Of a stretch of DNA of 64,000 bases, positions 9,395 to 19,322 are shown in pieces. The notes below the pieces were generated by a model. That model did not search any database. It saw only the letters and a list, made by a program, of their open reading frames with translations, and was not told where the DNA came from. The translations under genes were made by a program, and so were the position numbers. Numbering within the stretch: position 1 is the first letter of the stretch; each line of letters begins with the position of its first letter. The stretch comes from Gammaproteobacteria bacterium (GTDB lineage: Bacteria; Pseudomonadota; Gammaproteobacteria; SZUA-152), in NCBI GenBank assembly GCA_021647705.1, contig JAKIUF010000004.1, positions 74,878 through 138,877 on the forward strand. The letters are read 5' to 3'.

Positions 9395-9460
9395 ATATAA
9401 CAAATCATTAAACTGGGTCGGCGCAAAAAATGCGCCTCCCGGCTAACTCAAACGTTAGCA
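9395..9460 (+). other. Integron attC site
   Basis: R'' ATATAAC, central hairpin GGCGCA-aaaaa-TGCGCC, R' GTTAGCA; 66 bp. Confidence 0.8.
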
Positions 9461-9592
9461 AAATATGGCCGGTTTGTTGGACAAGCCCGTTGGCTGGCAA
9501 TATGGATTTGTTATGCTAAAGTAGCTGAATCAGTCATTTGCTGTTGGAGTGCAAGAAACCAAAATTCCGCACGCACCGAAAACAGTGTGAAT

Positions 9593-10321
9593 TTATTTAC
9601 GCACATCCTTGATACACATGGCTTTTCCATCATTTCTCATTTCCACATCAAATAATTCACTGGCTCTTATCAAGTCACCCAGTTTCTTGTAACCATAATT
9701 GATGGATGAAAAAGAGCTGTTGTTGGATATATAGTGGCCGACTCTGCTCATGTCTGCCCAGCCATCATCATCGGATGTTTGTTCAACAGCCGTTCTCAGC
9801 AATCTGACGAGTGAAGTGTCTTTTCTGAGCTCCTTTTTACTTTTCTTGACCGGCTGTTGAGGCTTGTCCGTTTTCTCTTCTTCTGCTGAAGCGAGATTCT
9901 CTGTGTAAATAAAGGGCGAGCAGGCATCCACAAATGGCTTGGGTGTTTTCTTTTCTCCAAACCCATAAACAGGCAGTCCACTTTCCAATATTCTCAATAC
10001 AAGAGGAGTAAAGTCACTGTCGCTTGTCATCAATGCAAATGCATCCACATTTTTGCTGTAAAGCAAATCCATGGCATCGATAATCATCGCGGCATCTGTC
10101 GCATTCTTTCCTTTTGTGTATGCGAATTGTTGCATGGGCCTGATTGCGTAAGGGTGTAATCTGTCTATCCAGCCGGATAATGATGGGTTATTCCAGTCTC
10201 CATGCGCATGACGAATATTCACCATGCCATATTTTGCAAGTTCTTCGAGAACACCTTCAATGGAGTTATGACTCACATTGTCACAATCAATAAGAAGTGC
10301 TATTCGTTTCCGCTCTGCCAC
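9593..10321 (-). CDS. NYN (LabA/DUF88, PIN-like) domain protein with C-terminal OST-HTH/LOTUS domain
   Basis: IALLIDCDN, GKNATD, IDAMDLL, SDSDFTPL, DGWA...YGYKKL.DL. Confidence 0.92.
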   Translation of the reverse strand: MAERKRIALLIDCDNVSHNSIEGVLEELAKYGMVNIRHAHGDWNNPSLSGWIDRLHPYAIRPMQQFAYTKGKNATDAAMIIDAMDLLYSKNVDAFALMTSDSDFTPLVLRILESGLPVYGFGEKKTPKPFVDACSPFIYTENLASAEEEKTDKPQQPVKKSKKELRKDTSLVRLLRTAVEQTSDDDGWADMSRVGHYISNNSSFSSINYGYKKLGDLIRASELFDVEMRNDGKAMCIKDVRK

Positions 10322-10367
10322 TGAAAGTCCGCCTAAATTTATAATCTGTTAAAGAAAGCCGAGTGGA

Positions 10368-11480
10368 TTACGGCGATACATCAAGCATGCGATTCAATGC
10401 CAGCAGGGCATGCTCGGCCTCGGCCTGTGGCACGGTGATTTGGTTCACCACCCTGCCCTCCAATAAGTTTTCCAGAACCCACAACAGGCTCGACGGCCCG
10501 ATGCGATACATGGTGGAGCACATGCTCACGGTACTGGACATGAAATGCACATTTTTACCTTCGTGTTTGAATTGCTCGTGCAGTCGGTTAACCAGATTCA
10601 GTTCAGTGCCCACCAGCCAGCGGGTACCGGGTTCAGCATCACGAATAGTATTAATAATGTATTCGGTGGACCCCACATAGTCCGATTTCTGACACACTTC
10701 GAAGGAAGATTCCGGGTGGGAAATCACCTTTGTTTCAGGGTATTTTTCTTTGAACTCGTCGATATATTCAGGTTTGAACAACTGATGCACCGAACAATAA
10801 CCTTTCCACAAAATGATTTTGGCTTTTTTGATCTGTTCCGGGGTCAAGCCGCCTAATGGTAAGTCGTAATCCCACACTACCATTTGATCCAACGGGATAT
10901 CCATGCTGAAACCCGTGTTGCGACCCAGGTGCTGATCCGGGAAAAACAATATTTTTTCGCGCTGTTTAAAGGCCCATTCCAGCACATGGGGCGCATTGGT
11001 GGAGGTGCAGACGATACCGCCGTGGCGACCACAAAACGCCTTTAAATCCGCCGCTGAATTGATGTAAGTCATGGGGGTAATCTGTTCGTCTGGCTCCAGC
11101 ACGGTGGATAACTCGCGCCAGGCGCGTTCCACGTTGGCAAGATTGGCCATATCAGCCATGGAACAACCGGCGGCCAGGTCAGGCAGAATGGCAATCTGTT
11201 CAGGACGGGAGACGATGTCCGCCACTTCTGCCATAAAATGCACGCCACAGAAGACGATGTACTCGGCTTTGGAATTCGCGGCACTGCGTGACAATTTTAG
11301 TGAATCACCGCTGACATCGGCATGCCGAAAGGTTTCCTCACGCTGGTAATGATGACCAAGAATGATCAGCCGATCGCCCAGCGCGGCCTTGGCGGCAACG
11401 ATACGTTCCTGGATTTCATCTTCACTCATGGCGGTGAAGTTTTGCATTTCTACTTTCAGCAATGTGGGATTTGCGGACAT
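10368..11480 (-). CDS. nadA: Quinolinate synthase
   Basis: LGHHYQ, GDSL, FCGVHFMAE, GCSMA, TYINS, CTSTNA, PDQHLG, CSVH, GST, MCSTM. Confidence 0.96.
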   Translation of the reverse strand: MSANPTLLKVEMQNFTAMSEDEIQERIVAAKAALGDRLIILGHHYQREETFRHADVSGDSLKLSRSAANSKAEYIVFCGVHFMAEVADIVSRPEQIAILPDLAAGCSMADMANLANVERAWRELSTVLEPDEQITPMTYINSAADLKAFCGRHGGIVCTSTNAPHVLEWAFKQREKILFFPDQHLGRNTGFSMDIPLDQMVVWDYDLPLGGLTPEQIKKAKIILWKGYCSVHQLFKPEYIDEFKEKYPETKVISHPESSFEVCQKSDYVGSTEYIINTIRDAEPGTRWLVGTELNLVNRLHEQFKHEGKNVHFMSSTVSMCSTMYRIGPSSLLWVLENLLEGRVVNQITVPQAEAEHALLALNRMLDVSP

Positions 11481-11706
11481 CTGACAATTTCTCGGTTACG
11501 TCGGTGAGACGATGGTATCACTTTATATTTGAAGTACAACTCAGGAGGGGAAAACGGCATGCATTTCGATGCCGAAAAGGAGTACGAAACCGGTATTTTG
11601 GGAGGGCTTGGGCATACTCAGCAGGCTAAATCCTGTCCGCGAATATGGTGGAATTGAGGCGTTTATCGATTTTTTTGTTCTGCTCTATTCAGCACAAAGT
11701 AAACCC

Positions 11707-11925
11707 GTAGGGTGGAACAAGCGTAGCGGTTCCACTAACAGGCTAGCAAGGAACAACAAATTGTCTCTGTGCTCACGACGGCTGACCCAAAAACCCTGCG
11801 ACAAAAATCCGATTGCTTGAAACAGGAGAGAAAAACCCTCATGCAATTGAGGGTCGAGGGCCGATCGAGCCTTTGAATATGTCCTTTGCCTGCTTGGTGG
11901 AACCGCTGCGCTTGTTCCACCCTAC
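11707..11925. repeat. GTAG-family REP doublet (REPIN-like) with about 160-bp spacer
   Basis: GTAGGGTGGAACAAGCGTAGCGGTTCCAC (11707-11735) is inverted at 11897-11925; each unit is itself a hairpin. Confidence 0.85.
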
Positions 11926-11944
11926 CCGCTCATCCGTACTTTTA

Positions 11945-12105
11945 GATGGAATCCAGGCGTTTTAGCCTCCGGACAAGCGCCTCATAATACAAGAAGATTG
12001 TAATTATAATGGTGCTGAAAGTGACGTGTTATAAGCGCAAAGACGCAGAGAACGCAAAGTCTGCTCTTTTTCTCTGCGCTCTCTGCGCCTTTGCATCTCT
12101 GCGTT
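11945..12105. repeat. CGCAGAG-type palindromic repeat, partial inverted copy of the element at 14686
   Basis: CGCAAAGACGCAGAGAACGCAAAG...CTCTGCGCTCTCTGCGCCTTTGCATCTCTGCGTT; flank GGAATCCAG...CGTGTTATAA matches the reverse complement of 14800-14895. Confidence 0.75.
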
Positions 12106-12133
12106 AGGTTTTATAGCCCGGTGGGTGAAATGC

Positions 12134-13930
12134 CTACTGCGCCGCACTGTCCTCTTCCACCTTGGGTTTGCTGCGCAATTTAATACCCAATTCGCGTAAC
12201 TGGGCATCACTCACATCGGAAGGCGCATTGGTGAGCAAACAGGCGGCAGTCTGGGTTTTGGGGAAAGCCATCACTTCACGAATGCTGGCCGCGCCGGTCA
12301 TTAACATTACCAGCCGGTCCAGACCGAAGGCGATGCCGCCATGGGGCGGGCAACCGTATTTGAGCGCATCCAGCAGAAAACCAAACTTTTCCTGTGCCTC
12401 TTCGTCAGAAATACCCAATTGGCGGAACACCGCTGCCTGTATGTCCGCGCGATAAATACGCTGCGAGCCACCGCCCACTTCGGTGCCGTTAAGTACCATA
12501 TCGTAGGCACGGGACAGGCAATTGCCCGGGTCGGATTCCAATTTGTCGATATCACTTTCTTTCGGTGCGGTGAAAGGATGGTGCAGTGCCGTCCAACGTT
12601 TACCATCGTGCTCAAACATGGGGAAATCCACTACCCACAGCGGTTTCCAGCCGTGTTCCACCAGACCGCGATCATGGCCCAGCTTGACACGCAAGGCACC
12701 TAACGCCTCGCTGACAATATTAGCCTTGTCGGCACCGAAGAACACCAAATCGCCGTCTTCCGCGCCAGTACGCTGCATGATGCCATCGACGGTTTCATCC
12801 GGCAGGAATTTCAAAATCGGGGATTGCAGGCCATCACGACCTTTGGCCAGTTCGTTGACCTTGATATAAGCCAAGCCCTTGGCACCGTAAATACCCACGT
12901 ATTTGGTGTAATCGTCGATTTCTTTACGGCTTAATTCGTTGCCTTTGGGCAGACGCAACGCAGTCACACGCCCATTCGGGTCTTTGGCCGGACCGGCAAA
13001 CACTTTGAAATCCACGTTTTGCATCAGATCAGCAACATCCACCAATTCCAGTGGAATACGCAAATCCGGTTTATCGGAACCAAAACGCTGCATGGCCTCG
13101 GCATAAGGCATGCGCGGGAAGGGTTTGGGCAGCGGTGCTTCCAGCACATGCGCAAAAATATCGCGCATCATGTCTTCCATTAACGACATAAGCTCTTCCT
13201 CGTCCATAAACGAGGCTTCAATATCAAGCTGGGTGAATTCCGGCTGGCGATCAGCACGCAGATCTTCGTCACGGAAGCAACGCACGATCTGGTAATAACG
13301 ATCCATGCCGGACATCATCAGCAGCTGTTTAAACAACTGTGGCGACTGTGGCAGGGCAAAAAACTGCCCGGGATGGGTACGGCTGGGCACTAAATAATCG
13401 CGTGCGCCTTCCGGGGTGGCTGCGGTGAGCATGGGGGTCTCTATTTCGAGAAAACCCTTTTTATCCAGTGAGTTACGCAGTGTGCGGGCAATTTCAGAAC
13501 GCAGTTTGAGGCGCTGAAACATGGCCGGACGGCGCAGATCAATGTAACGATAACGCAGACGATGCTCTTCGGAGACTTCGTCGTCCTCGATGTCCAGCAT
13601 AAACGGTGGCGTCTCGGCACGGTTGAAAATCTCCAGTTCCTTGCCCAGCACTTCCACCATGCCGGTGGGCATTTCCGGATTTTCCGTGCCTTCAGGACGT
13701 TTGCGTACACGACCGACGACTTTCAGTACAAATTCATTGCGCACGCTTTCGGCCAGAGCAAAAGCTTCCACGGTATCCGGGTCGAACACCACCTGGCTGA
13801 TGCCTTCGCGGTCACGCAGGTCGATGAAAATCACCCCGCCATGGTCGCGACGACGATGCACCCAGCCGCAAAGAGTGACGGTTTCATCAATATTGGATTC
13901 GTTAATCTGGCCGCAATAATGGCTGCGCAT
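12134..13930 (-). CDS. aspS: Aspartate-tRNA ligase
   Basis: [63 protein letters not shown]. Confidence 0.99.
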   Translation of the reverse strand: MRSHYCGQINESNIDETVTLCGWVHRRRDHGGVIFIDLRDREGISQVVFDPDTVEAFALAESVRNEFVLKVVGRVRKRPEGTENPEMPTGMVEVLGKELEIFNRAETPPFMLDIEDDEVSEEHRLRYRYIDLRRPAMFQRLKLRSEIARTLRNSLDKKGFLEIETPMLTAATPEGARDYLVPSRTHPGQFFALPQSPQLFKQLLMMSGMDRYYQIVRCFRDEDLRADRQPEFTQLDIEASFMDEEELMSLMEDMMRDIFAHVLEAPLPKPFPRMPYAEAMQRFGSDKPDLRIPLELVDVADLMQNVDFKVFAGPAKDPNGRVTALRLPKGNELSRKEIDDYTKYVGIYGAKGLAYIKVNELAKGRDGLQSPILKFLPDETVDGIMQRTGAEDGDLVFFGADKANIVSEALGALRVKLGHDRGLVEHGWKPLWVVDFPMFEHDGKRWTALHHPFTAPKESDIDKLESDPGNCLSRAYDMVLNGTEVGGGSQRIYRADIQAAVFRQLGISDEEAQEKFGFLLDALKYGCPPHGGIAFGLDRLVMLMTGAASIREVMAFPKTQTAACLLTNAPSDVSDAQLRELGIKLRSKPKVEEDSAAQ

Positions 13931-14035
13931 GGTGATTCTGTCCTGTCAGTAGTGACTTAATTTGAGAAAGGCGGGAATGGTACGGATTGGGCCACTTCCT
14001 TGCAACCCGGGCCGCACCTGAGTCAGGGCGGCATA

Positions 14036-14668
14036 TCAGACATCTGTAGCTGGAATTGCTTTAGCACCGCCAGGGGCTTGCTTCCACTCCGGTACCATTA
14101 CTCCGGCAGAGATGATCATCTTCAGACCATCATCTACATTCATGTCCAGTTCCACCACATCACTGCGCGGTACCATGATAAAAAAACCGGAGGTGGGGTT
14201 TGGCGTGGTGGGAATGAATACATTAATCATCTCCTGCCCGGTTTTGATCTGTGCCTCACCCTGGGTAGTGCTGGACTGAAAAGCCAGCGTCCATAATCCT
14301 CTGCGCGGATACTCCACCAGCAGCACCTTGCGGAAAGACTGCCCGGAGGAAAACACGGTTTCCAGAATCTGTTTGACACTGGCATAAATCGTACGCACCA
14401 GCGGAATGCGGGCGAGGATATTCTCCCACACTTCCACCAGCTTGCGGCCAAACAGATTGGCAACCACCACCCCTGTGCCCAGCACAATAATCACCGACAG
14501 CACCACACCCAGGCCCGGTACATGAAAACCCAGCAGGGCTTCTGGCCGATAGGGCTCGGGCAGCCACAGCAAAGTCTGGTCCATGATGCCCACTAACAGT
14601 TTGATGACCATCACAGTCACCCCCAGAGGCACCCATACCAACAAACCGGCAATGAGATAACGCTTCAT
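14036..14668 (-). CDS. DUF502 membrane protein
   Basis: RIPLVRTIY..VKQ, VLLVEYPR, VFIPTTPNPTSGF; usual position upstream of aspS. Confidence 0.93.
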   Translation of the reverse strand: MKRYLIAGLLVWVPLGVTVMVIKLLVGIMDQTLLWLPEPYRPEALLGFHVPGLGVVLSVIIVLGTGVVVANLFGRKLVEVWENILARIPLVRTIYASVKQILETVFSSGQSFRKVLLVEYPRRGLWTLAFQSSTTQGEAQIKTGQEMINVFIPTTPNPTSGFFIMVPRSDVVELDMNVDDGLKMIISAGVMVPEWKQAPGGAKAIPATDV

Positions 14669-14685
14669 TTATTTGCTAACCCTTA

Positions 14686-14908
14686 CAATGTGAATTAAAC
14701 GCTAAAAACACGCTACTTTTAAAAATTACCGGGTATTTAACACAGAGGGCACAGAGTTTTGAGTGTTTTTCTCTGCGTTCTCTGCGCCTTTGCGACCTCT
14801 GCGTTTATAACACGCCACTTGGTCAGTACCACCACAACATAAGTTCCCAATGTATTGGAACGATTGCCCGCGGGTTTAAACCGCTGGATTCCAGCTAATT
14901 CACATTTA
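14686..14908. mobile_element. MITE-like element (AATGTGAATTA terminal inverted repeats) containing CGCAGAG palindrome
   Basis: AATGTGAATTA...TAATTCACATT; interior closely similar to 36317-36619. Confidence 0.75.
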
Positions 14909-14921
14909 AAATGACCGGCGA

Positions 14922-15230
14922 TTAATGGCAGCCACAACCACCGGAACCACACCCTCCCGCTGGCTTGGACTTGGGTTTAGATTGGGCTTTAGTGGTGCTG
15001 TCAGCGGATTTTCCGGCTGACTCATCTTTACTGACATTCTTTTTATTACCGCCTTTAAAGTCGGTCTCATACCAACCGCCGCCCTTAAGACGAAACGCTG
15101 CGGCCGACACCAGCTTTTTCAATTCAGGCTTGTTGCAGACAGGACAATCCACCAGGGGATCATCACTCATTTTCTGAATGGCTTCCTGACGATGACCACA
15201 GGCTTTGCATTCATATTCGTAAATTGGCAT
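14922..15230 (-). CDS. FmdB-family zinc-ribbon protein
   Basis: MPIYEYECxxC...CPxC...FRLKGGGWYETDF; GGAGG RBS before the ATG at 15230. Confidence 0.93.
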   Translation of the reverse strand: MPIYEYECKACGHRQEAIQKMSDDPLVDCPVCNKPELKKLVSAAAFRLKGGGWYETDFKGGNKKNVSKDESAGKSADSTTKAQSKPKSKPAGGCGSGGCGCH

Positions 15231-15401
15231 TTCTACCTCCTCAAACGGACCAACAAAAAAACATCCACGCATTATACCTGTCCGCTGGACCTTACCGCCA
15301 ATCTGCCCACGAATGCGGAATACTGATAAACTGCGCGCCGTCAGTTGGTTACCCCATTAATTAACAAACAAAATCCAACAGTATCAAGAACGAGCGATTC
15401 C

Positions 15402-15830
15402 ATGTCCCCAAAAACCACCTTCAACGGCATCAAAATCACCACAGAAAACAAATGCGGTTTCTGTGACGGTGCCAAGTGCTGCACCTACATCACCGAAGAA
15501 TTGGAGACGCCACGCTCCATGCACGACTTCGACCATATGTTGTGGCAGATTTCTCACGAAAATATTCGTATTTATAAAGATGATGACGGCTGGTATCTGC
15601 TGGTGGAAACCACCTGCCTGCATCTGCAAAAAGATGGCCGCTGCGGCATTTATGACGACCGGCCGCATGTTTGCCGACAGCACGATAACGATTACTGCGA
15701 ATTCGACGCCCCGGCCGAAGATGGTTTTGACCTGTATTTCCAGGATTTTGAGCAGCTGACAAAATATTGTAAAAAACGCTTCAAGGGCTGGAAAAAACGG
15801 TTTAAAAAGTTTGAAAAAGAATACGAATAA
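15402..15830 (+). CDS. YkgJ-family (CxxCxxCC) cysteine-cluster protein
   Basis: CGFCDGAKCC, CLHL, CGIYDDRPHVCR. Confidence 0.9.
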   Translation: MSPKTTFNGIKITTENKCGFCDGAKCCTYITEELETPRSMHDFDHMLWQISHENIRIYKDDDGWYLLVETTCLHLQKDGRCGIYDDRPHVCRQHDNDYCEFDAPAEDGFDLYFQDFEQLTKYCKKRFKGWKKRFKKFEKEYE

Positions 15831-15838
15831 AGAATATT

Positions 15839-16537
15839 TCAGCGCTCAACGGTGGGCGGTGGCTGATCAGCTGGCGGCATAATATCGACAAAACTGTGAA
15901 TCGCGGCAAACTCACCCACATCCTTGTCCGGTGCCTGGCTGTCTGGCCGATGCACACACAACAGACTACCCATACCGTATTCCTGCGCCGAGCGCAGCAC
16001 CGGTAAACTGTCATCCACCAGCAACGTCGTTTCCCGCGCAAATAATTCCACGGTTTGCAGCTTGTTCCAAAAACCCGGATCTTCCTTCGGTACGCCAATA
16101 TCATGAGCACAGATAATGGCATCCAGATGCCCGGCCAGACGGGTACGCTCCATTTTCAGCGTAAGGCTCTTCATATGCGCATTGGTCACCAGCACGACAC
16201 GACGACCGCTGGTACGCACCACATCGAGAAAAGTCACTACATGAGGATGTATCGCAATGAGATGATCCACTTCCTCCTTGAGTGCCGCTACATCCATGTC
16301 CAGTTTCTCGGACCAATAATCGAGACAATACCAATTCATCGTACCCGCCACCGCACGATAGAGCCGAAATAACTCGGTGCGAGCCTCTTCCAGCGGCACC
16401 TCCCGCTCCTCTGCGTAACGGCGCGGCATATGCTCCCGCCAAAAATGGTTATCAAAATGCAAATCCAGCAAGGTGCCATCCATATCCAGCAGCACCGTGC
16501 GAATATCATTCCATTGGATCAAAGCCGTCTCGCTCAC
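15839..16537 (-). CDS. yrfG: GMP/IMP nucleotidase (HAD superfamily)
   Basis: LLDMDGTLLDLHFDNHFW, WYCLDYWS, LVTNAH, PKED, VDDS. Confidence 0.9.
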   Translation of the reverse strand: MSETALIQWNDIRTVLLDMDGTLLDLHFDNHFWREHMPRRYAEEREVPLEEARTELFRLYRAVAGTMNWYCLDYWSEKLDMDVAALKEEVDHLIAIHPHVVTFLDVVRTSGRRVVLVTNAHMKSLTLKMERTRLAGHLDAIICAHDIGVPKEDPGFWNKLQTVELFARETTLLVDDSLPVLRSAQEYGMGSLLCVHRPDSQAPDKDVGEFAAIHSFVDIMPPADQPPPTVER

Positions 16538-16702
16538 CGTCTATCGCTCCCGCTATCGCCAAATTCATCACAAAGTGTACCTGAATTTGGGGTTTGAGTA
16601 CGCAGCCCAGCCATTTTGGCCTAAACCCTGGCTACCAGATGCCGACGTTACAGTAGCGACCCTCTTTCCGCGGACAAAAAAACATCAAAACAGACCCGTG
16701 TT

Positions 16703-17170
16703 ATGCCAACAGAAAACGATAATATTTCGGCCATTCTGCAAAAACTGCCGGTATTTGCCGGGCTGACGGAGGATGAATACGGCCATATCCAGAAAATTTG
16801 CCAGCCTGCCCGTTTTAACGATGGGGAAACCCTGTTTGTGGAAGGCGACAGCAGCCCCTGCATGTATGTATTGCTGTCCGGCGACGTGCAATTGCGCACC
16901 CATAATCAGGGACCGATTCACTCGCTGAACCCTGGGGAACTGTTTGGTGAGATCGGTTTCATCAGCCAGCAAGACCGCACGGCCACCGCCATCGCGCGCG
17001 CGCGCGCTGTATTGCTGCAAATTAACTACGATGTCTTTCAGAATCTAGTACTACGCGAGCCACGCATCAGCTTCACCATCATGCGTAACATCATCATGAA
17101 TCTCTCCAACCACATCACACGTATGAACAAAGGCGACGTGCTGGATTTTATTTCCACGGACAACGCTTAA
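16703..17170 (+). CDS. Stand-alone cyclic-nucleotide-binding domain protein
   Basis: LFVEGD, YVLLSG, GELFGEIGF, RTATA; no HTH follows. Confidence 0.88.
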   Translation: MPTENDNISAILQKLPVFAGLTEDEYGHIQKICQPARFNDGETLFVEGDSSPCMYVLLSGDVQLRTHNQGPIHSLNPGELFGEIGFISQQDRTATAIARARAVLLQINYDVFQNLVLREPRISFTIMRNIIMNLSNHITRMNKGDVLDFISTDNA

Positions 17171-17281
17171 ATGTGAATTAAGGGCTAAATTATTCTGTTT
17201 TAGGCATATGCAGCAAAGTTTGGGGAATGAAAACCAATGATTTTATTCGTTTGGATATTTTTAGCGCTTAATTCACATTTA
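17168..17281. mobile_element. Minimal (empty) MITE-like element
   Basis: TAAATGTGAATTAAGGGCTAAA ... TTTAGCGCTTAATTCACATTTA (22-bp inverted repeat, 1 mismatch); the first TAA is the stop of the cNMP gene. Confidence 0.85.
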
Positions 17282-17347
17282 AATCCGGACATAAATATAA
17301 TTATGTCCATAGCCTTTGCTTCAAATTGATTACTGAGCACCCATAAA

Positions 17348-17938
17348 TTATCGTATTAATGGTTCATTTTGTACCGCCGCCAATCGATCATCCGCAGTTT
17401 GTATCGTCACTGGCAAACAATTGGAAAGAACCAATTGTGGTGGTTCAAAAGAGAAAGTGAAATTACCGGCCTTGCGCAGCCCGCTAAGCCCCAGAATATG
17501 TCGTGTGCGACCAGGAAACACAGCCGCCTCCACATCATGCAACTCGCAATCGTCACCCAGGCGGATAACATCAAGACGATACACCGCAACCCGCTCACGC
17601 TGACCATTGGCGAGCACACCCGTAAGATCTCTAACAAAACTGGCCCGACCCTGCTCCTGCAATATTGCCAAACTGTGCTCATCAATCGTGTTGTAACTGG
17701 AGCCGGTGTCAACCAGGAAATCGACCCGACCAATCCCGGCAATCAAACCCTGTACATAAAAGGTCTTAACACGTTTTTCCACCATGGGGACAATATGCCC
17801 TGGCGGCACAGCTAAAGCCACGGAGCCCCCCCCCATGCCAAACAACAATACCCCACAGAGCAATCGTTTTGTTAAATTCACCCGCCATACCTCGTTTTGT
17901 TGCATACCACCGCGAGCAGGAAGCGGTAGCCTTACCAC
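17348..17938 (-). CDS. Retropepsin-like (clan AA) aspartic protease, exported; start uncertain
   Basis: FLVDTGSS catalytic motif, ANG flap, ILGLS.L; hydrophobic signal-like N-terminus. Confidence 0.85.
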   Translation of the reverse strand: MVRLPLPARGGMQQNEVWRVNLTKRLLCGVLLFGMGGGSVALAVPPGHIVPMVEKRVKTFYVQGLIAGIGRVDFLVDTGSSYNTIDEHSLAILQEQGRASFVRDLTGVLANGQRERVAVYRLDVIRLGDDCELHDVEAAVFPGRTRHILGLSGLRKAGNFTFSFEPPQLVLSNCLPVTIQTADDRLAAVQNEPLIR

Positions 17939-18157
17939 AAGAATAACGACTCAACCAACGTGATCCTGAAGGGATATCGCACTGCAAGGCAGGAAAACAA
18001 GTGTAATTGGAGCAGGAAGCGACTTACAATGCCTTCGCCCACATGAGCCACCAAGCCTTGAATATTATGACTAAGTCCAGGGATGTTGAGCACAAAAAAG
18101 CGATAAAAATATTGATGCGCAGAGTAATTTCAGACTAAGTTTTTTGGAGTTAATGAC

Positions 18158-18616
18158 ATGATTCACCACTACTCAATAGCAGTAAGTAATACGAAAAAAG
18201 TTGCCGATATTCTTTCCCGGTTGTTTGAAGGATCAGTTTCAGAATTTGGTCCTTATAAAAATTCGTACATGGTCTGGTTAGGAGACGAATATGGTACTGC
18301 CATAGAAGTGTACCCCGATGGCACTGAAATGATCCCGGACACAGAAAACGGGCAAGCCAGGTTTGCGCATAATGCGACACACTCTGGTTTTACTGCCACA
18401 CACGCAGCGATATCGATTAAACGAACGAGGGAAGAAATCTATACATTTGCAAAAGAATCAGGCTGGCGGGCTTTAGAATTATCGCGAGGCGAATTTAACG
18501 TAATCGAGTTTTGGATAGAAAACAAAGTAATGATTGAGCTGCTAACTCCTGATATGGCAAAAAATTATTTGGCGGTAACTGACAAATACAAATCAATTTC
18601 GACAACACCGGTTTAG
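18158..18616 (+). CDS. VOC/glyoxalase-fold hypothetical protein
   Basis: MIHHYSIAV, GTAIEVYP, THAAIS, FNVIEFWIEN..IELL. Confidence 0.7.
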   Translation: MIHHYSIAVSNTKKVADILSRLFEGSVSEFGPYKNSYMVWLGDEYGTAIEVYPDGTEMIPDTENGQARFAHNATHSGFTATHAAISIKRTREEIYTFAKESGWRALELSRGEFNVIEFWIENKVMIELLTPDMAKNYLAVTDKYKSISTTPV

Positions 18617-18641
18617 TAAGATTGAGATTTGAATTTTATAC

Positions 18642-19322
18642 TTACGCCGCAACTATGGCTTCAAAACTGCCAATCCATGCATTGAAAACCGGGCATTTTT
18701 CTCTCATTTGAATGACACCAATACGAGTTGCTATGGTAATACCAAGTGTTGTTTTAGAAAATTTTTTGTTTTTTGACCACTCGTCAAGATGTTTGGAAGG
18801 AGCTGTTTGAGGGCTGTTGTTAATAGCTTCTGGTTCGCCGTTTTGAGCTAAAACTCCTGAAATTTTGTGTTCATCAACATCAAGTTCCGCAGCAAGAATT
18901 TCACTGTCACTGAATAACAATGCTTCAAATTCATGGATTGCCATATAGGGAATAAACCTTCGTTCAGATTGTTGCTCTTTAAAAAGTGTATTAACTTCTG
19001 TTTTAGTTGCTTGGTTAATGCACGCTGCTATTTGTTCTGGCCCCGCATTGGGTGAAACTAAATCGATACCTGGCCACTCTTTGATTCCATAATAATCCAC
19101 CAAGGTTGTAACATAAGTATCTTGCTGCTGTTTCAAATGCAGCCCAAGATCTTTTTTGATGCGTTCAAAGCGAACATCGCCACCTTTTTGACCCGGCTTG
19201 CTCACTTGGGTGGCGACCATAAAAACCATCTTTTTTGCTAAATAAGGTGCAAGCACAGATTCCACAAAAATCTGTTCTGTTTTTCCCTCAACGATGGCAA
19301 CGACATTAATAAAATTACTCAT
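18642..19322 (-). CDS. DUF4276 family protein (TOPRIM-like)
   Basis: IVEGKTE..FV...L.PYL, TTLVDYYG, HEFEALLFSD, PE.IN.S..TAPSK, CP.FNAW; ATG at 19322 overlaps the ATPase 3' end. Confidence 0.85.
   Translation of the reverse strand: MSNFINVVAIVEGKTEQIFVESVLAPYLAKKMVFMVATQVSKPGQKGGDVRFERIKKDLGLHLKQQQDTYVTTLVDYYGIKEWPGIDLVSPNAGPEQIAACINQATKTEVNTLFKEQQSERRFIPYMAIHEFEALLFSDSEILAAELDVDEHKISGVLAQNGEPEAINNSPQTAPSKHLDEWSKNKKFSKTTLGITIATRIGVIQMREKCPVFNAWIGSFEAIVAA

Noticed and set aside
11569..12210. Short ORFs spanning repeats (also 14737-14952 and 28926-29117)
   Set aside because: They are translations of REP/palindrome DNA (QRRRERRE / LRSLRLCA patterns).
17168..17281. CRP binding site (AAATGTGA...TCACATTT) next to a cNMP-binding gene
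   Set aside because: The half-sites are about 100 bp apart rather than 6, recur as repeat ends elsewhere, and the protein has no HTH.
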